A DNA stretch of 64,000 bases from an uncultured virus (IMG/VR IMGVR_UViG_3300025168_000061). Lineage: Duplodnaviria > Heunggongvirae > Uroviricota > Caudoviricetes. The notes under the pieces are model-generated. The model had not been told where the DNA came from. It searched no databases and worked only from the letters and a program-made list of their open reading frames with translations. Shown here piece after piece: positions 35,883 to 45,057 of this stretch (position 1 is its first letter; each line of letters starts with the position of its first letter). The stretch lies in IMG/VR virus record IMGVR_UViG_3300025168_000061. The stretch is one strand, 5' to 3'. A program made the position numbers and the translations under genes.

Positions 35883-38354
35883 TTATTGAATTTCTCGTTC
35901 TGCTGTGTTAATACCTTGACCTACTTCATTTCCTCCCATTTCTATTACTGTTGATTTTGATGCTATTTGGTTAAGTATTGCGTTTTGGGCATTTATTGCT
36001 GCTACTATAGGTTGGATGTTTATGTTGTTTTTACTGCTACCACCTTTACCTTTCCCACCTAAGTTAGTTCCTACTATCATGGAATCATCTTTATCTAATT
36101 GGATTGACCCTTTTGGGCCTGATACTACTGTTTCACCACCGGGTCCTATGACACCATCACTCATTTGGGACATTACGTAAGCAGTTGCTGTTAAACCTGC
36201 GGCCAACCCAATAGCTGCTCCTATGGGGTTTACAACGAATGCTGAGGTAATTGATGCTGCCTTGGCTAAGGCTTTTTTCTTTTCTGCTTTTTCTTCCTTT
36301 TTAGTAAATAGTAAACCAATACCTTTGGCTATGTTAGCACCTAGTATACTTAATTTTATGGCTGCGTATAACCCTGCTACTGTTCCCAATATTGTAGCAA
36401 GATTTTCAGCTCCTCCTACCATGTTTGTTATACCCTCAACAATTCCCAAAATAGGTTCTGCCATTCTCATAAAAACATCTTGGATTCTAGTTACTATTCC
36501 TTCCATGTTGGCTGCTACTGAAGCAGATTCTAGTTGATTTGATAAATTTTCATTATTAATCTCCTTAGCTGCCTCTTCAGCTGACATTCCCGCTGCTCTT
36601 TTATCATTGTATTCTTTTTGAGCATCAGACATACTTTCAACACCCTTACCATATTGATCTTGGAGGATTTTAAGGTTTTGTTGTTCAGTAACAACATCCG
36701 CTAATTGATCCACAGTTAATCCAGCGGCTTTAGCTGCTGCTTCTTGTGCTATAACATTATCTGTTTCAAAGGCTTTCATTATAGACTGGTTTTTTAATAC
36801 CTCTTTGGCTGCTCCAATTTTATCTCCTTGTAATGCTAGTGCTCTTGCGGATTCTAAATTAATGTCTTGACCTAATAATAATTCAGCTTGGAGTTCATTT
36901 TGAATTGAACTTTCAAAATCCAATAAACTTGAAGACATAGCAGCTGCATGTTCCATGTTTATTCCTAAAGCTTTAGATTCAATGACTGCTTTAGTTAATT
37001 CTTCAACTCCTCCTTTAGTACGGAGTTTGAAGGTATTTGAAAGTTTGGCTACACCTTCTTGTACTTCTTTAACACTTACAAGAGTTTTGTTTTGTTTATT
37101 AAGTTCTAAAGTTGTATTTTTGATATCTAATAAAACTCCTTTTGTAGTTTTACCATTTTTCATTGCGGTTTTTGTAAAAAACCCCATTGCCTTGTTGGAA
37201 AGACCTGTTCGTTCTTGAATTGAAGCAAATTCTTCAGCAATTTCACCTGAGAATTTTGCTCCAGTACCAAAATATTCATTTAGTGATTTTTGGGCCTCTA
37301 TAAGATTTTTTCTATTTACTAGTATGTCCTCTGAGGCTAATGCTGTTTTGGTCATTTCATTACCCAATGCAAGGGATTCTTGGTAAGAAACCCCCATTTC
37401 TTTAGCTAATTCACCCGCTTCCTTATCCGCCCCCTTTAAAGCATCTACAAACATTTTTATAGCACCAACTGCTAGTGTGGTTGGGTCCAATAAATCTTTT
37501 ACCAGATTTTTCCCAAGAGCTTTAAACTGCATACCCGCAATTTTAGCTTTAGAAGGTAATTCTTCTCCAGCATCAGCCGCCCTTTCCAATTCTTTAGTAA
37601 CTTCAGCTAATGCTTTGGATGCCGAGCCCCCTATTCCGGGGATTGCTCCTAATAGCTTGTTTAGTTTACCCGCTACTCCTAATTTTTCTTCAATTTCTTT
37701 TGCTTTCTCAAGTTCAGCTTCCCTTTGCGCATTTTGTTTTTCTAGCTCTTTAGTATTTAATTGAGAGAAAACTAGTTGTTGTTGTGAAGTAGAAAGGGTA
37801 TCCATTAGATTTTTAGCTATATTAGCGGCAATCGCCTCTTTTTCGTAAAGTTTTTCTAATGCGCTTTCATCAAAGGTTCCACCTTCTTTTTGAAGGTTTA
37901 CCATTTCTTCTATTTCCTTTGAAGCTTTTTGGGATAAACTATAAGCCTTTGCTGCTCTTCCAGCTCTTTCTATTTGAGTTTTACTTAATGAGTTTTCTAG
38001 TGATTGTTGTTGTAGTTTACCCTTTGATATAACCTTATTATTTTTAGCAATTCTTTTGTTAATAGTTTCTATTGATGCTAAACCCTTTTGTTGGTTAAGA
38101 ATGGTTGTATTAATTTCTTTATTAACTTTTAAAAGGTTAGCATCTGCTGTGCTTCTTTTAGTGTTAATACCTAAAACTTCTTTAATAGAGTCAACAAGGG
38201 AAGAAGATAAATCTAAACTTTCAGATTGAAGCTTAATTTGTTCTTTTAAAAGGTAATTTTCTTCTTTTGTAAGTTTAGCTCTTTCCTCAGCATTTACTGT
38301 TCCTTCTTTAAGTAAAGCATTTATTTCCTCTAACCTTTTTCTACTATCAGCCAT
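35883..38354 (-). CDS. Tape measure protein
   Basis: 823 aa, helical, Ala/Lys/Glu-rich with late hydrophobic segments; follows the tube and chaperone genes. Confidence 0.85.
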   Translation of the reverse strand: MADSRKRLEEINALLKEGTVNAEERAKLTKEENYLLKEQIKLQSESLDLSSSLVDSIKEVLGINTKRSTADANLLKVNKEINTTILNQQKGLASIETINKRIAKNNKVISKGKLQQQSLENSLSKTQIERAGRAAKAYSLSQKASKEIEEMVNLQKEGGTFDESALEKLYEKEAIAANIAKNLMDTLSTSQQQLVFSQLNTKELEKQNAQREAELEKAKEIEEKLGVAGKLNKLLGAIPGIGGSASKALAEVTKELERAADAGEELPSKAKIAGMQFKALGKNLVKDLLDPTTLAVGAIKMFVDALKGADKEAGELAKEMGVSYQESLALGNEMTKTALASEDILVNRKNLIEAQKSLNEYFGTGAKFSGEIAEEFASIQERTGLSNKAMGFFTKTAMKNGKTTKGVLLDIKNTTLELNKQNKTLVSVKEVQEGVAKLSNTFKLRTKGGVEELTKAVIESKALGINMEHAAAMSSSLLDFESSIQNELQAELLLGQDINLESARALALQGDKIGAAKEVLKNQSIMKAFETDNVIAQEAAAKAAGLTVDQLADVVTEQQNLKILQDQYGKGVESMSDAQKEYNDKRAAGMSAEEAAKEINNENLSNQLESASVAANMEGIVTRIQDVFMRMAEPILGIVEGITNMVGGAENLATILGTVAGLYAAIKLSILGANIAKGIGLLFTKKEEKAEKKKALAKAASITSAFVVNPIGAAIGLAAGLTATAYVMSQMSDGVIGPGGETVVSGPKGSIQLDKDDSMIVGTNLGGKGKGGSSKNNINIQPIVAAINAQNAILNQIASKSTVIEMGGNEVGQGINTAEREIQ

Positions 38355-38368
38355 TTAATAATGTTTAT

Positions 38369-38376
38369 TATAAATA
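38369..38376 (-). promoter_or_regulatory. TATTTATA putative late promoter (tape measure)
   Basis: Recurring motif. Confidence 0.6.
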
Positions 38377-38655
38377 CTACTTATAACTGGAAGATGTAGG
38401 TTTTTTGAAAGATTGGGGGTTTATCTTACCATCTGCACCTATAGCGGTTTGTTTATTAGAATCCTTAGATGAAGCGCTTTCATATGCTTCTTGTTCTTCC
38501 TTCTTATATTCTGATATTTGGTTAAAAGTAAAATTTCTTAACCATACAGGCATGTTGTATAAGGTATAATAGTCATATCCCCCACCACCGTGGAAGATTA
38601 TGTCATGAATTGTTTTAAAGATGGATAATCTATATTTAGGCGTCAGGCCAAAGAA
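38377..38655 (-). CDS. Tail assembly chaperone extension (gp51 / gpGT-like), probably reached by frameshift
   Basis: Open +1 frame FFGLTPKYRLSIFKTIHDIIFHGGGGYDYYTLYNMPVWLRNF...SSSYK*; first ATG only at 38553. Confidence 0.7.
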   Translation of the reverse strand, partial: FFGLTPKYRLSIFKTIHDIIFHGGGGYDYYTLYNMPVWLRNFTFNQISEYKKEEQEAYESASSKDSNKQTAIGADGKINPQSFKKPTSSSYK

Positions 38656-39373
38656 ACCCGGCAGTCATAGGAACTGTAGCGTCCTCCTCTTCGCCACTAT
38701 TTCCAATAAAGTGAAATTTCATTTCAATATCGGGTTGTGTTAATCTAATGTGTTCTCTAAAAGATCTTGAATCTCTTGCTAGCATATAGTTATCAACAAA
38801 TTCTCTAATTTTTGCATTTTCTGTATCGCCACCAACTGAGGTAATCATGAATTTTAATCTAGTTGATAATTCGGGAGAAGCCTGTTTATGAATTTTTTTA
38901 AGACCTTTTATTTCAGCTTCTATTTTCTTTTCATCACTACCTGTTAGCAACTTATAAGTAATAAGTGTATTGGTATGAGGTAAAGTAAATGCGAATTCAT
39001 TTTTACCATCTAACATTGTAGATTCATCTAAATACTTAGTTTCCAATTCAGTTAAATCAACAGTTACTGGTTCTCCATTGTAATTAAAGTCATAATCTTT
39101 ACCATAACCTAAAATACGAGAAGCTATAAGTATAGCATTTTTATCTCCCACTATTAAATCATCGTGGTTTATTTTAGTAACAACCAAGGATTTTAGTAAT
39201 TTATCTATTACTGTTCCATTCTTGATATAATTTTGGTTTGTTAAAATATCCTCTTCTTTAGCAGTCATGTATTTTATTTCTACTTTTCCGCTTGATAATG
39301 GATTATCTTTAGGGTAAATTAAACCCTTAGATGGTAATTCAACCTCTTCGGTTGGGAATTTCAATTCGCTCAT
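38636..39373 (-). CDS. Tail/baseplate assembly chaperone (T4 gp26-like)
   Basis: ELPSKG, YMTAKEEDIL, GD..AILIASR..GYG, ends GFLWPDA; lies between tube and tape measure. Confidence 0.8.
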   Translation of the reverse strand: MSELKFPTEEVELPSKGLIYPKDNPLSSGKVEIKYMTAKEEDILTNQNYIKNGTVIDKLLKSLVVTKINHDDLIVGDKNAILIASRILGYGKDYDFNYNGEPVTVDLTELETKYLDESTMLDGKNEFAFTLPHTNTLITYKLLTGSDEKKIEAEIKGLKKIHKQASPELSTRLKFMITSVGGDTENAKIREFVDNYMLARDSRSFREHIRLTQPDIEMKFHFIGNSGEEEDATVPMTAGFLWPDA

Positions 39374-39421
39374 AATTTTTATTTGGTTATAACTTGTTTT
39401 TCATATAATAAATACCAAGAT

Positions 39422-39451
39422 AAAAAAAGAGCTTGACATAGCCAAACTCTT
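39422..39451 (-). terminator. Intrinsic terminator after the tail tube gene
   Basis: AAGAGTTTGGC-TAT-GTCAAGCTCTT followed by a T run. Confidence 0.75.
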
Positions 39452-39474
39452 CTTAATAAAATATATGAAATTTT

Positions 39475-39963
39475 TTAGAAATTCAATACTGCGTAGTCAA
39501 TAGATACCGTCATTGTAAGTTCAGTTGCTGAATCTGCTGATGACCAATCATAATCTCCAAAGTTAGCATCTACAATAAATGCTCCTTTTAGAATCCATTC
39601 AGAAACTATATCTCCTACTGGTCCTAGAACGTTGATTGTTAAATCTTTCTTATAGAAATCAGAATAACCATCTCTACCTGTTACAGATTCATGATGTAAT
39701 CTTACCCATTCCATTATTGCTTGTGCTCCAGATGGTGTAATTGGGTCATATAATGATAAAGAAACATCACCCCATTTTGATTTACCTTTAACTTTTCTTT
39801 CTACGTTAATATGATCTAGAGTTACTACTCCTTGGGTTAAAGTTACTGCGCCTGCCTTTTTAATCATAAAGCTTGGGATACCATCCACATAAAGGATGAA
39901 TCTGTTCGCTTGTTTGGGTTCAAACGCTGTAAAAAATATTTCATTGGGATCTAATACTGCCAT
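39475..39963 (-). CDS. Tail tube protein (gp19-like)
   Basis: EPKQANRF, GK.KW.D..L..YD, YKKD, EW.LKGAF. Confidence 0.9.
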   Translation of the reverse strand: MAVLDPNEIFFTAFEPKQANRFILYVDGIPSFMIKKAGAVTLTQGVVTLDHINVERKVKGKSKWGDVSLSLYDPITPSGAQAIMEWVRLHHESVTGRDGYSDFYKKDLTINVLGPVGDIVSEWILKGAFIVDANFGDYDWSSADSATELTMTVSIDYAVLNF

Positions 39964-39984
39964 TTTTTATTGTTTATTTTCAAT

Positions 39985-39992
39985 TATAAATA
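39985..39992 (-). promoter_or_regulatory. TATTTATA putative late promoter (tube)
   Basis: Recurring motif. Confidence 0.6.
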
Positions 39993-40008
39993 TCTAATTT
40001 TTTAATTT

Positions 40009-42048
40009 TTATGCCGGGAAAGTAGCTCCAGTTGGCATCACATTGAAATCTAAGTAAATAAATTCTGCTGTTTTGGTTGGTTGGATATATATTTGCCCTA
40101 TTAACTCATTTCTATCAATAACATCTGGTGTGTTATTTGAGTCGTCCATTACTACTTTAAAGGCATATAAACCTTGTCTTTGTTGTACACTTTCTAAGTA
40201 TGGATTTACTGTGCTTAAGAAATTGTTTCTTGTTGCTATTGTATTTTGTTCAAATACTAAGTTATCTGCTACTTGTGAAATATATGATTTTAATTCTATC
40301 AACAATCTTCTAACATTTACTCTATCTAAAGCACTTGCTTTTTTCTGTAGTGTTTTCTGTCCGAATACTACTACTCCTGCATTTGGGAATGTAGCTATTG
40401 GGTTAACACCCGCTTGATACAATGTGTTTCTGTTTCCGTTTGTTAAGTTTCTTTCTGCTCTTAATACTGTTGATAATCCACCTCTACTTAAACCTGCAGG
40501 TGCAAACCATGCTTCTCCTGATCTATCATTAAAAGCAAATACTCCTGGCATCATTGTTGAAGCTGGTACCCAAACTTGACCTCCTAAATCTGGGTCTAAT
40601 GTTTGTAACCATGGCCAATAAGTAGCTGCGTATGAAGAATCAATTGCTGCTGCTCCTGCTGTTACTGTTGCTAATGTAGTAGTATTATAATTAACTAAAT
40701 CTACTATAGCTAAATTATCACCTCTTGTTTGAGCTGTAGTAACCATTGTAGTAAGTTCACCTGTTGCTGTAGCATTGGCTTTAACTAATCCTGGTGCTGT
40801 GATTAAATTGTATTGGTATAAATCTTGATTAGCTAATAAGTTTAAAGCTACTGCATAAGTACCATTTGTAGTTGTATCATCTAAAGCAGATGAATCAAAT
40901 CCTTGTGTATTTGTATCACTTATGTCTCCATAAAATTTAGCTTCCATTCCTACAAATGGAGCTCCTGTTGCTCCTCCAAATGTTCCTTCAGATGCTAATG
41001 GGATAGAACTTGTAAATGCTGCTTTAGCATTTCCTGCGTTATCAAAATAATTTAATGTTTTAGTACCAACAGATTTAACTCTTACATAACTACTTAAAGT
41101 GTTGTAAGTACCATCGTTTTTAACATAATATTCTCCTGTTGATGAATCTGAGGTTACTGTTTGTTTTGAGTTACCTATTACTTTTTCAATGTAATTAGTT
41201 GCATTTGGGTCTAATGATAAATTACCCCAAGTTTCTAATACTGTTTTTGAAGTTGTAATATCATTACCTCTTCTAATTAATAAACTAAATGTTCCAGAAG
41301 CTGTGTTTGGAGAAACAATTTCCCATCTAATATTATCTACTGTACCATCTGCTAATTGTCCTGATGAACCTAAAGTAGATGTGCTATTTTGGTTTGTTCC
41401 TTCAGATAATGTTTCTAATACTATTCCTGAGTCTGTATTTACTATATCATTGGCATCTAAAGTTATAGTCATATTAGTTCCTACAACTCCTCCTGAGTAT
41501 CCTAAAGATGCTGATGGGATTGTAAGTACATCTCCTATTGTATATCCTAAACCACTTGTTGCTGTTATAGTAGAAACTGTGTTTCCATTAGATAATGTTA
41601 TACTTGCTGTAAAATTTGTTCCTGTACCTCCTGATCCTGATATTGTATAAGATCCTGCTGAACCCGTAGCACTTGCTAATGAAGTTAATAATGCATCTGC
41701 ATCTGTTGAAACTACTCCACTTTCTAAATCATTAGGGATACTAGTATTAACAGCACTAGTGTAAGAACCACTTGCTACTCTTGTTACTAATAATGAATCT
41801 CCACCTTGTTGGAAATAATTGTAAGCTGAAATTGATGTGAAGTAAGTATATTCGGCACTTCCACTCTCAACTACTGCTCCAAATTTATTTTGGTATTGAC
41901 TATAAGTAGTGACTAATGTTGGTATTCCAACCGGCCCTTTTACTGTAGGACCTACAATCGCCGCGCCTGCTTGTACAGGTTGGGCTTGTAAAAACGATTG
42001 ATCATTTTCTCGAGCTAATACTCCAGGGGATAATAATACTTCTGCCAT
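40009..42048 (-). CDS. Tail sheath protein (gp18-like)
   Basis: SPGV..RE.D, YWPW, WFAPAG..RG, VNPI, GQKT, DRVNVRRL, FEQN, AEFI. Confidence 0.96.
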   Translation of the reverse strand: MAEVLLSPGVLARENDQSFLQAQPVQAGAAIVGPTVKGPVGIPTLVTTYSQYQNKFGAVVESGSAEYTYFTSISAYNYFQQGGDSLLVTRVASGSYTSAVNTSIPNDLESGVVSTDADALLTSLASATGSAGSYTISGSGGTGTNFTASITLSNGNTVSTITATSGLGYTIGDVLTIPSASLGYSGGVVGTNMTITLDANDIVNTDSGIVLETLSEGTNQNSTSTLGSSGQLADGTVDNIRWEIVSPNTASGTFSLLIRRGNDITTSKTVLETWGNLSLDPNATNYIEKVIGNSKQTVTSDSSTGEYYVKNDGTYNTLSSYVRVKSVGTKTLNYFDNAGNAKAAFTSSIPLASEGTFGGATGAPFVGMEAKFYGDISDTNTQGFDSSALDDTTTNGTYAVALNLLANQDLYQYNLITAPGLVKANATATGELTTMVTTAQTRGDNLAIVDLVNYNTTTLATVTAGAAAIDSSYAATYWPWLQTLDPDLGGQVWVPASTMMPGVFAFNDRSGEAWFAPAGLSRGGLSTVLRAERNLTNGNRNTLYQAGVNPIATFPNAGVVVFGQKTLQKKASALDRVNVRRLLIELKSYISQVADNLVFEQNTIATRNNFLSTVNPYLESVQQRQGLYAFKVVMDDSNNTPDVIDRNELIGQIYIQPTKTAEFIYLDFNVMPTGATFPA

Positions 42049-42069
42049 TGTTTATGAATTAATTTTGTT

Positions 42070-42077
42070 TATAAATA
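42070..42077 (-). promoter_or_regulatory. TATTTATA putative late promoter (sheath)
   Basis: Recurring motif. Confidence 0.6.
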
Positions 42078-42100
42078 CTATAAGACCCTTTGAAAATCGA

Positions 42101-42349
42101 TTAAGTTTTAACAAACTCTCCACTTTCTAAATTAACTGTTCCCTTGCCGTATTTTTCTTCAAGTTGTTTAGCTAATTGGATTTGGTTTTGTTCAAAAGAT
42201 TCTATTTGTTGATTAATTTTTTGTTTTTGTTGGTTTAATAAGTTTTTTTGATATTCGATTTGTCCTAATTGAATAACAAAATTGTCTTGTTGATTTTGTA
42301 ACGAAGAAAGATTGTCTATTTCTTCTTTTGATAAAACTGTTTTTTCCAT
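42101..42349 (-). CDS. Small coiled-coil protein (82 aa)
   Basis: Gln-rich helix ending LEEKYGKGTVNLESGEF; TATTTATA at 42353-42360. Confidence 0.8.
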   Translation of the reverse strand: MEKTVLSKEEIDNLSSLQNQQDNFVIQLGQIEYQKNLLNQQKQKINQQIESFEQNQIQLAKQLEEKYGKGTVNLESGEFVKT

Positions 42350-42488
42350 GATTATAAATATTAAATGTTTTTGTTAAAAGTATATTAAATAAATATAAAT
42401 TACAAATTTTTTTAAGGGAAGCTAAGGGGGGGTGAGTATATTATCTTCTTTTTAAGAAAAGTCAATCCCCCCAAAGCTATCCACTATT

Positions 42489-42698
42489 TTAAGTAATTTC
42501 TTGTTTTACAAAGTCACCATTATCATCTATAGTGACTCTATACCTTTTTCCTGAAGGTGAATTGAGAATGATCCCTTTAGTGGGGTCGGTTATTTCTATG
42601 TCTTGTTCTGTTGTTGGAGATAATTTGGTATCAATTTTTGCATTTACTTCTGTAAATTTTTGACCTAAAAATTGTCCCAACTCTGATAATATACTCAT
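42489..42698 (-). CDS. Small fibre-like protein (69 aa)
   Basis: N-terminal helix, then DIEITD..KGIIL.SPSG.RYR.TIDDNG; TATTTATA at 42729-42736. Confidence 0.75.
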   Translation of the reverse strand: MSILSELGQFLGQKFTEVNAKIDTKLSPTTEQDIEITDPTKGIILNSPSGKRYRVTIDDNGDFVKQEIT

Positions 42699-42750
42699 AT
42701 GACCTGTTTGGTAAAAACATTAATATGGTATAAATATTAGGGAAAAAGGT

Positions 42751-42777
42751 AAAAAAAAGGGGAACCGAAGTTCCCCT
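42751..42777 (-). terminator. Strong intrinsic terminator with a UUCG tetraloop
   Basis: AGGGGAAC-TTCG-GTTCCCCT followed by a T run. Confidence 0.92.
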
Positions 42778-42815
42778 ATTTGATTAATATATAGTTAAAA
42801 AACTATTTAATCGTT

Positions 42816-43289
42816 TTATTTTGCCTGTACGAATGATGACCCGCTAAGTGCATTTTCAATTGTTGCTAATGCTGCATCAATTTCATCAAATCCAAAATTT
42901 AATCTTGCTAATTCATCTGCATCATCTATTAATTTAACTGCTGCTTCAATATCAGTTGCTAAGTTTGCATTTTCTAGTGCTAATTTAGCTGAAGCTTCTG
43001 CAATAGAGTTTTCTACTTCTTCTTCTTCTGCATTAATTAATGAGAATGCTCTTACTCTCATTGCTTCAAATGCATCTGCTATTTCTACTTTAGATGCACC
43101 ATCTGCTGTTGCTCTATCGGCATTTGATGTATTAAATTTGCTTTTTTCACCATTTGTAAAAGAAACATATTGTCCTGATTTGTCTGAGTTGTTTGAGATG
43201 TAATCAGCTTTTTGGGCTGCTCTCCCATTAGTAATTACTGCTTGTCTTTCATTTAAAAGACCAGCTATTTGTGATAATTGTGTTGACAT
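42816..43289 (-). CDS. Ala-rich coiled-coil protein 3 (157 aa)
   Basis: Helical composition; third gene of the 3-gene operon. Confidence 0.85.
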   Translation of the reverse strand: MSTQLSQIAGLLNERQAVITNGRAAQKADYISNNSDKSGQYVSFTNGEKSKFNTSNADRATADGASKVEIADAFEAMRVRAFSLINAEEEEVENSIAEASAKLALENANLATDIEAAVKLIDDADELARLNFGFDEIDAALATIENALSGSSFVQAK

Positions 43290-43336
43290 TTTATTTATAT
43301 TTTAATTTGTTAAAAAATCTGTTAAGTTAGAGGTGA

Positions 43337-43771
43337 TTATTCACTTTCTCCTACAAAAGCAGATTGGAATTCTACGACTGAACCTCTCGCTGTTTCATAA
43401 GCTGCTACTTTGGCACTTTGGTGTGCTGCTGTTGTACTTAAGTCAACACCATATTTAGCCTTATAATCCTCATGTGCTGCTTGAACTTCTAGAAGGGATT
43501 TCATAATCCCATCATCTACATCTTCAGTTTTTAAAGCCTCAACAATTGCTGCTTTTTCTGCTTTTAATACTGATTCTGCTGCAATTCTTGCTGCGTGTGC
43601 TTCTCCTTCTGCTGTGTTAATTGCTGTGATTGCAGCTGTAACTTCTGTTGTTAAAGTTGCTTTTGCTCCCTCCATTGAAGTTGTAGTCTCTGCTATGTCA
43701 GCTACGAATGCTGAATGTTTGTCTGCTACTGATTGTTTTATGGCTGCAGCCATTCCTGCTAATTTTCCCAT
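43337..43771 (-). CDS. Ala-rich coiled-coil protein 2 (144 aa)
   Basis: EAHAARIAAESVL and KSLLEVQAA fibre-like motifs. Confidence 0.85.
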   Translation of the reverse strand: MGKLAGMAAAIKQSVADKHSAFVADIAETTTSMEGAKATLTTEVTAAITAINTAEGEAHAARIAAESVLKAEKAAIVEALKTEDVDDGIMKSLLEVQAAHEDYKAKYGVDLSTTAAHQSAKVAAYETARGSVVEFQSAFVGESE

Positions 43772-43824
43772 TTTGATTTATTTTTTTAAGTTTTATAATT
43801 TATCTTTTAGTTCTTTACTTTAGA

Positions 43825-44220
43825 TTATGCTAAAATAAAGTCTGCAACAACTGTTCCTTCGTCACTTCCAATTTGTGCCCATGCTGCTGCATTGTCTGTG
43901 TTAGCTTTTTCTAATTGGTCATCAAGACTCTTATCAGATAATACTAATGCTGCTACTTCTGCAGTAACTGGTCCTATTACATTTGCAAGCATATCTGCTA
44001 ACATTGCTTCGTGGTCTGAGGTTCTTGTAGCATCAAAATCTTTATAAGTAGAATCTGCTGCGGATCGGAAATTAGTAGATATTGCTGTAATGTCTTCTGT
44101 TGATTGTGCCCATGCAGCGTTGATGTCTGATGTTTCGTCATTCATGTGTCTGTCTGTTGAAGCTTTTGATAGGTCGTAAAGCCCTTTAGAAGCTCCGGCC
44201 ATTCTTTGGTATAAATTCAT
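43825..44220 (-). CDS. Ala-rich coiled-coil protein 1 (131 aa)
   Basis: Repeated NAA(A)WAQ; first gene after the TATTTATA at 44324. Confidence 0.85.
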   Translation of the reverse strand: MNLYQRMAGASKGLYDLSKASTDRHMNDETSDINAAWAQSTEDITAISTNFRSAADSTYKDFDATRTSDHEAMLADMLANVIGPVTAEVAALVLSDKSLDDQLEKANTDNAAAWAQIGSDEGTVVADFILA

Positions 44221-44323
44221 ATCGAATTGTTTTATATTGGTTAAAAAAAATGTAACTTAATGTGGAAACTAACTACACAGAATCGTGTAATTTGATTGAT
44301 GTACTTTCTATTTTTTGTACGGT

Positions 44324-44331
44324 TATAAATA
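44324..44331 (-). promoter_or_regulatory. TATTTATA putative late promoter with an approximately 100-nt structured leader
   Basis: Recurring motif; leader hairpin AATTACAC-GATTCT-GTGTAGTT. Confidence 0.6.
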
Positions 44332-44415
44332 CGAAAAAATAAAGGAAAAATGCGAGAAAATTTGGAAAAAATGAAAACAAGTTTGTGATGTTAGGCCCAC
44401 ATCTTTTATAGAATT

Positions 44416-45045
44416 TTATTGTGGATCGTCGTCATCATCAAATGATAATCCTAGCAAACCTGCTTCAAATGCTGCAACATCATCGTCATCGATACTGCCT
44501 TGTCTTTCCCATTTAGAATCATCAAATTCTGAGGTAGAGGTGTGTTCCTCTATACAGTTATATAATCTTTTATCAGGTCCTATAACATCATCTTCTATAC
44601 CATAATATGTGTTAGATGTCCAATCTGTCATACCAGATGTATGTCCCATTGCTTTTTGTTGTAGTACGTTTATTCTAACTTTTATTTCTTGGGAGGAATT
44701 GCCTAGTTGGTTTTGTATTTCTATACATTCAAATGTAATATAATTTACGTTACCTGCTGAGAATTTTCCAGAGTTTTCTAGTATTACAAATGGGGTATTT
44801 CCTGCTAGAAAAGCAGCGTTAACTTCCTCTAATTCATAACCGTCTATCTTTATACCTGCTGTGCTAGTATACAGCCTAATATGGCTGATTTTGCCCGGTT
44901 TTAGCTTGAGGAGACCATCAGTGTGTTTAATAGAATTGTATTTGCTTTTATGGCCTGAGGTTTCACGGTTTAAAACTCTAAAGTCAATAGCTCTATCTTG
45001 ATAGATTACACTAGTTTCTTCTTTTATTTGATTTGGATGGTACAT
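44416..45045 (-). CDS. Protein with a C-terminal CBM5/12-like carbohydrate-binding module
   Basis: WTSNTYY...D.V......LYNCIEEHTS...FD..KW; TATTTATA at 45050-45057. Confidence 0.75.
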   Translation of the reverse strand: MYHPNQIKEETSVIYQDRAIDFRVLNRETSGHKSKYNSIKHTDGLLKLKPGKISHIRLYTSTAGIKIDGYELEEVNAAFLAGNTPFVILENSGKFSAGNVNYITFECIEIQNQLGNSSQEIKVRINVLQQKAMGHTSGMTDWTSNTYYGIEDDVIGPDKRLYNCIEEHTSTSEFDDSKWERQGSIDDDDVAAFEAGLLGLSFDDDDDPQ

Positions 45046-45057
45046 TTGTTATAAATA

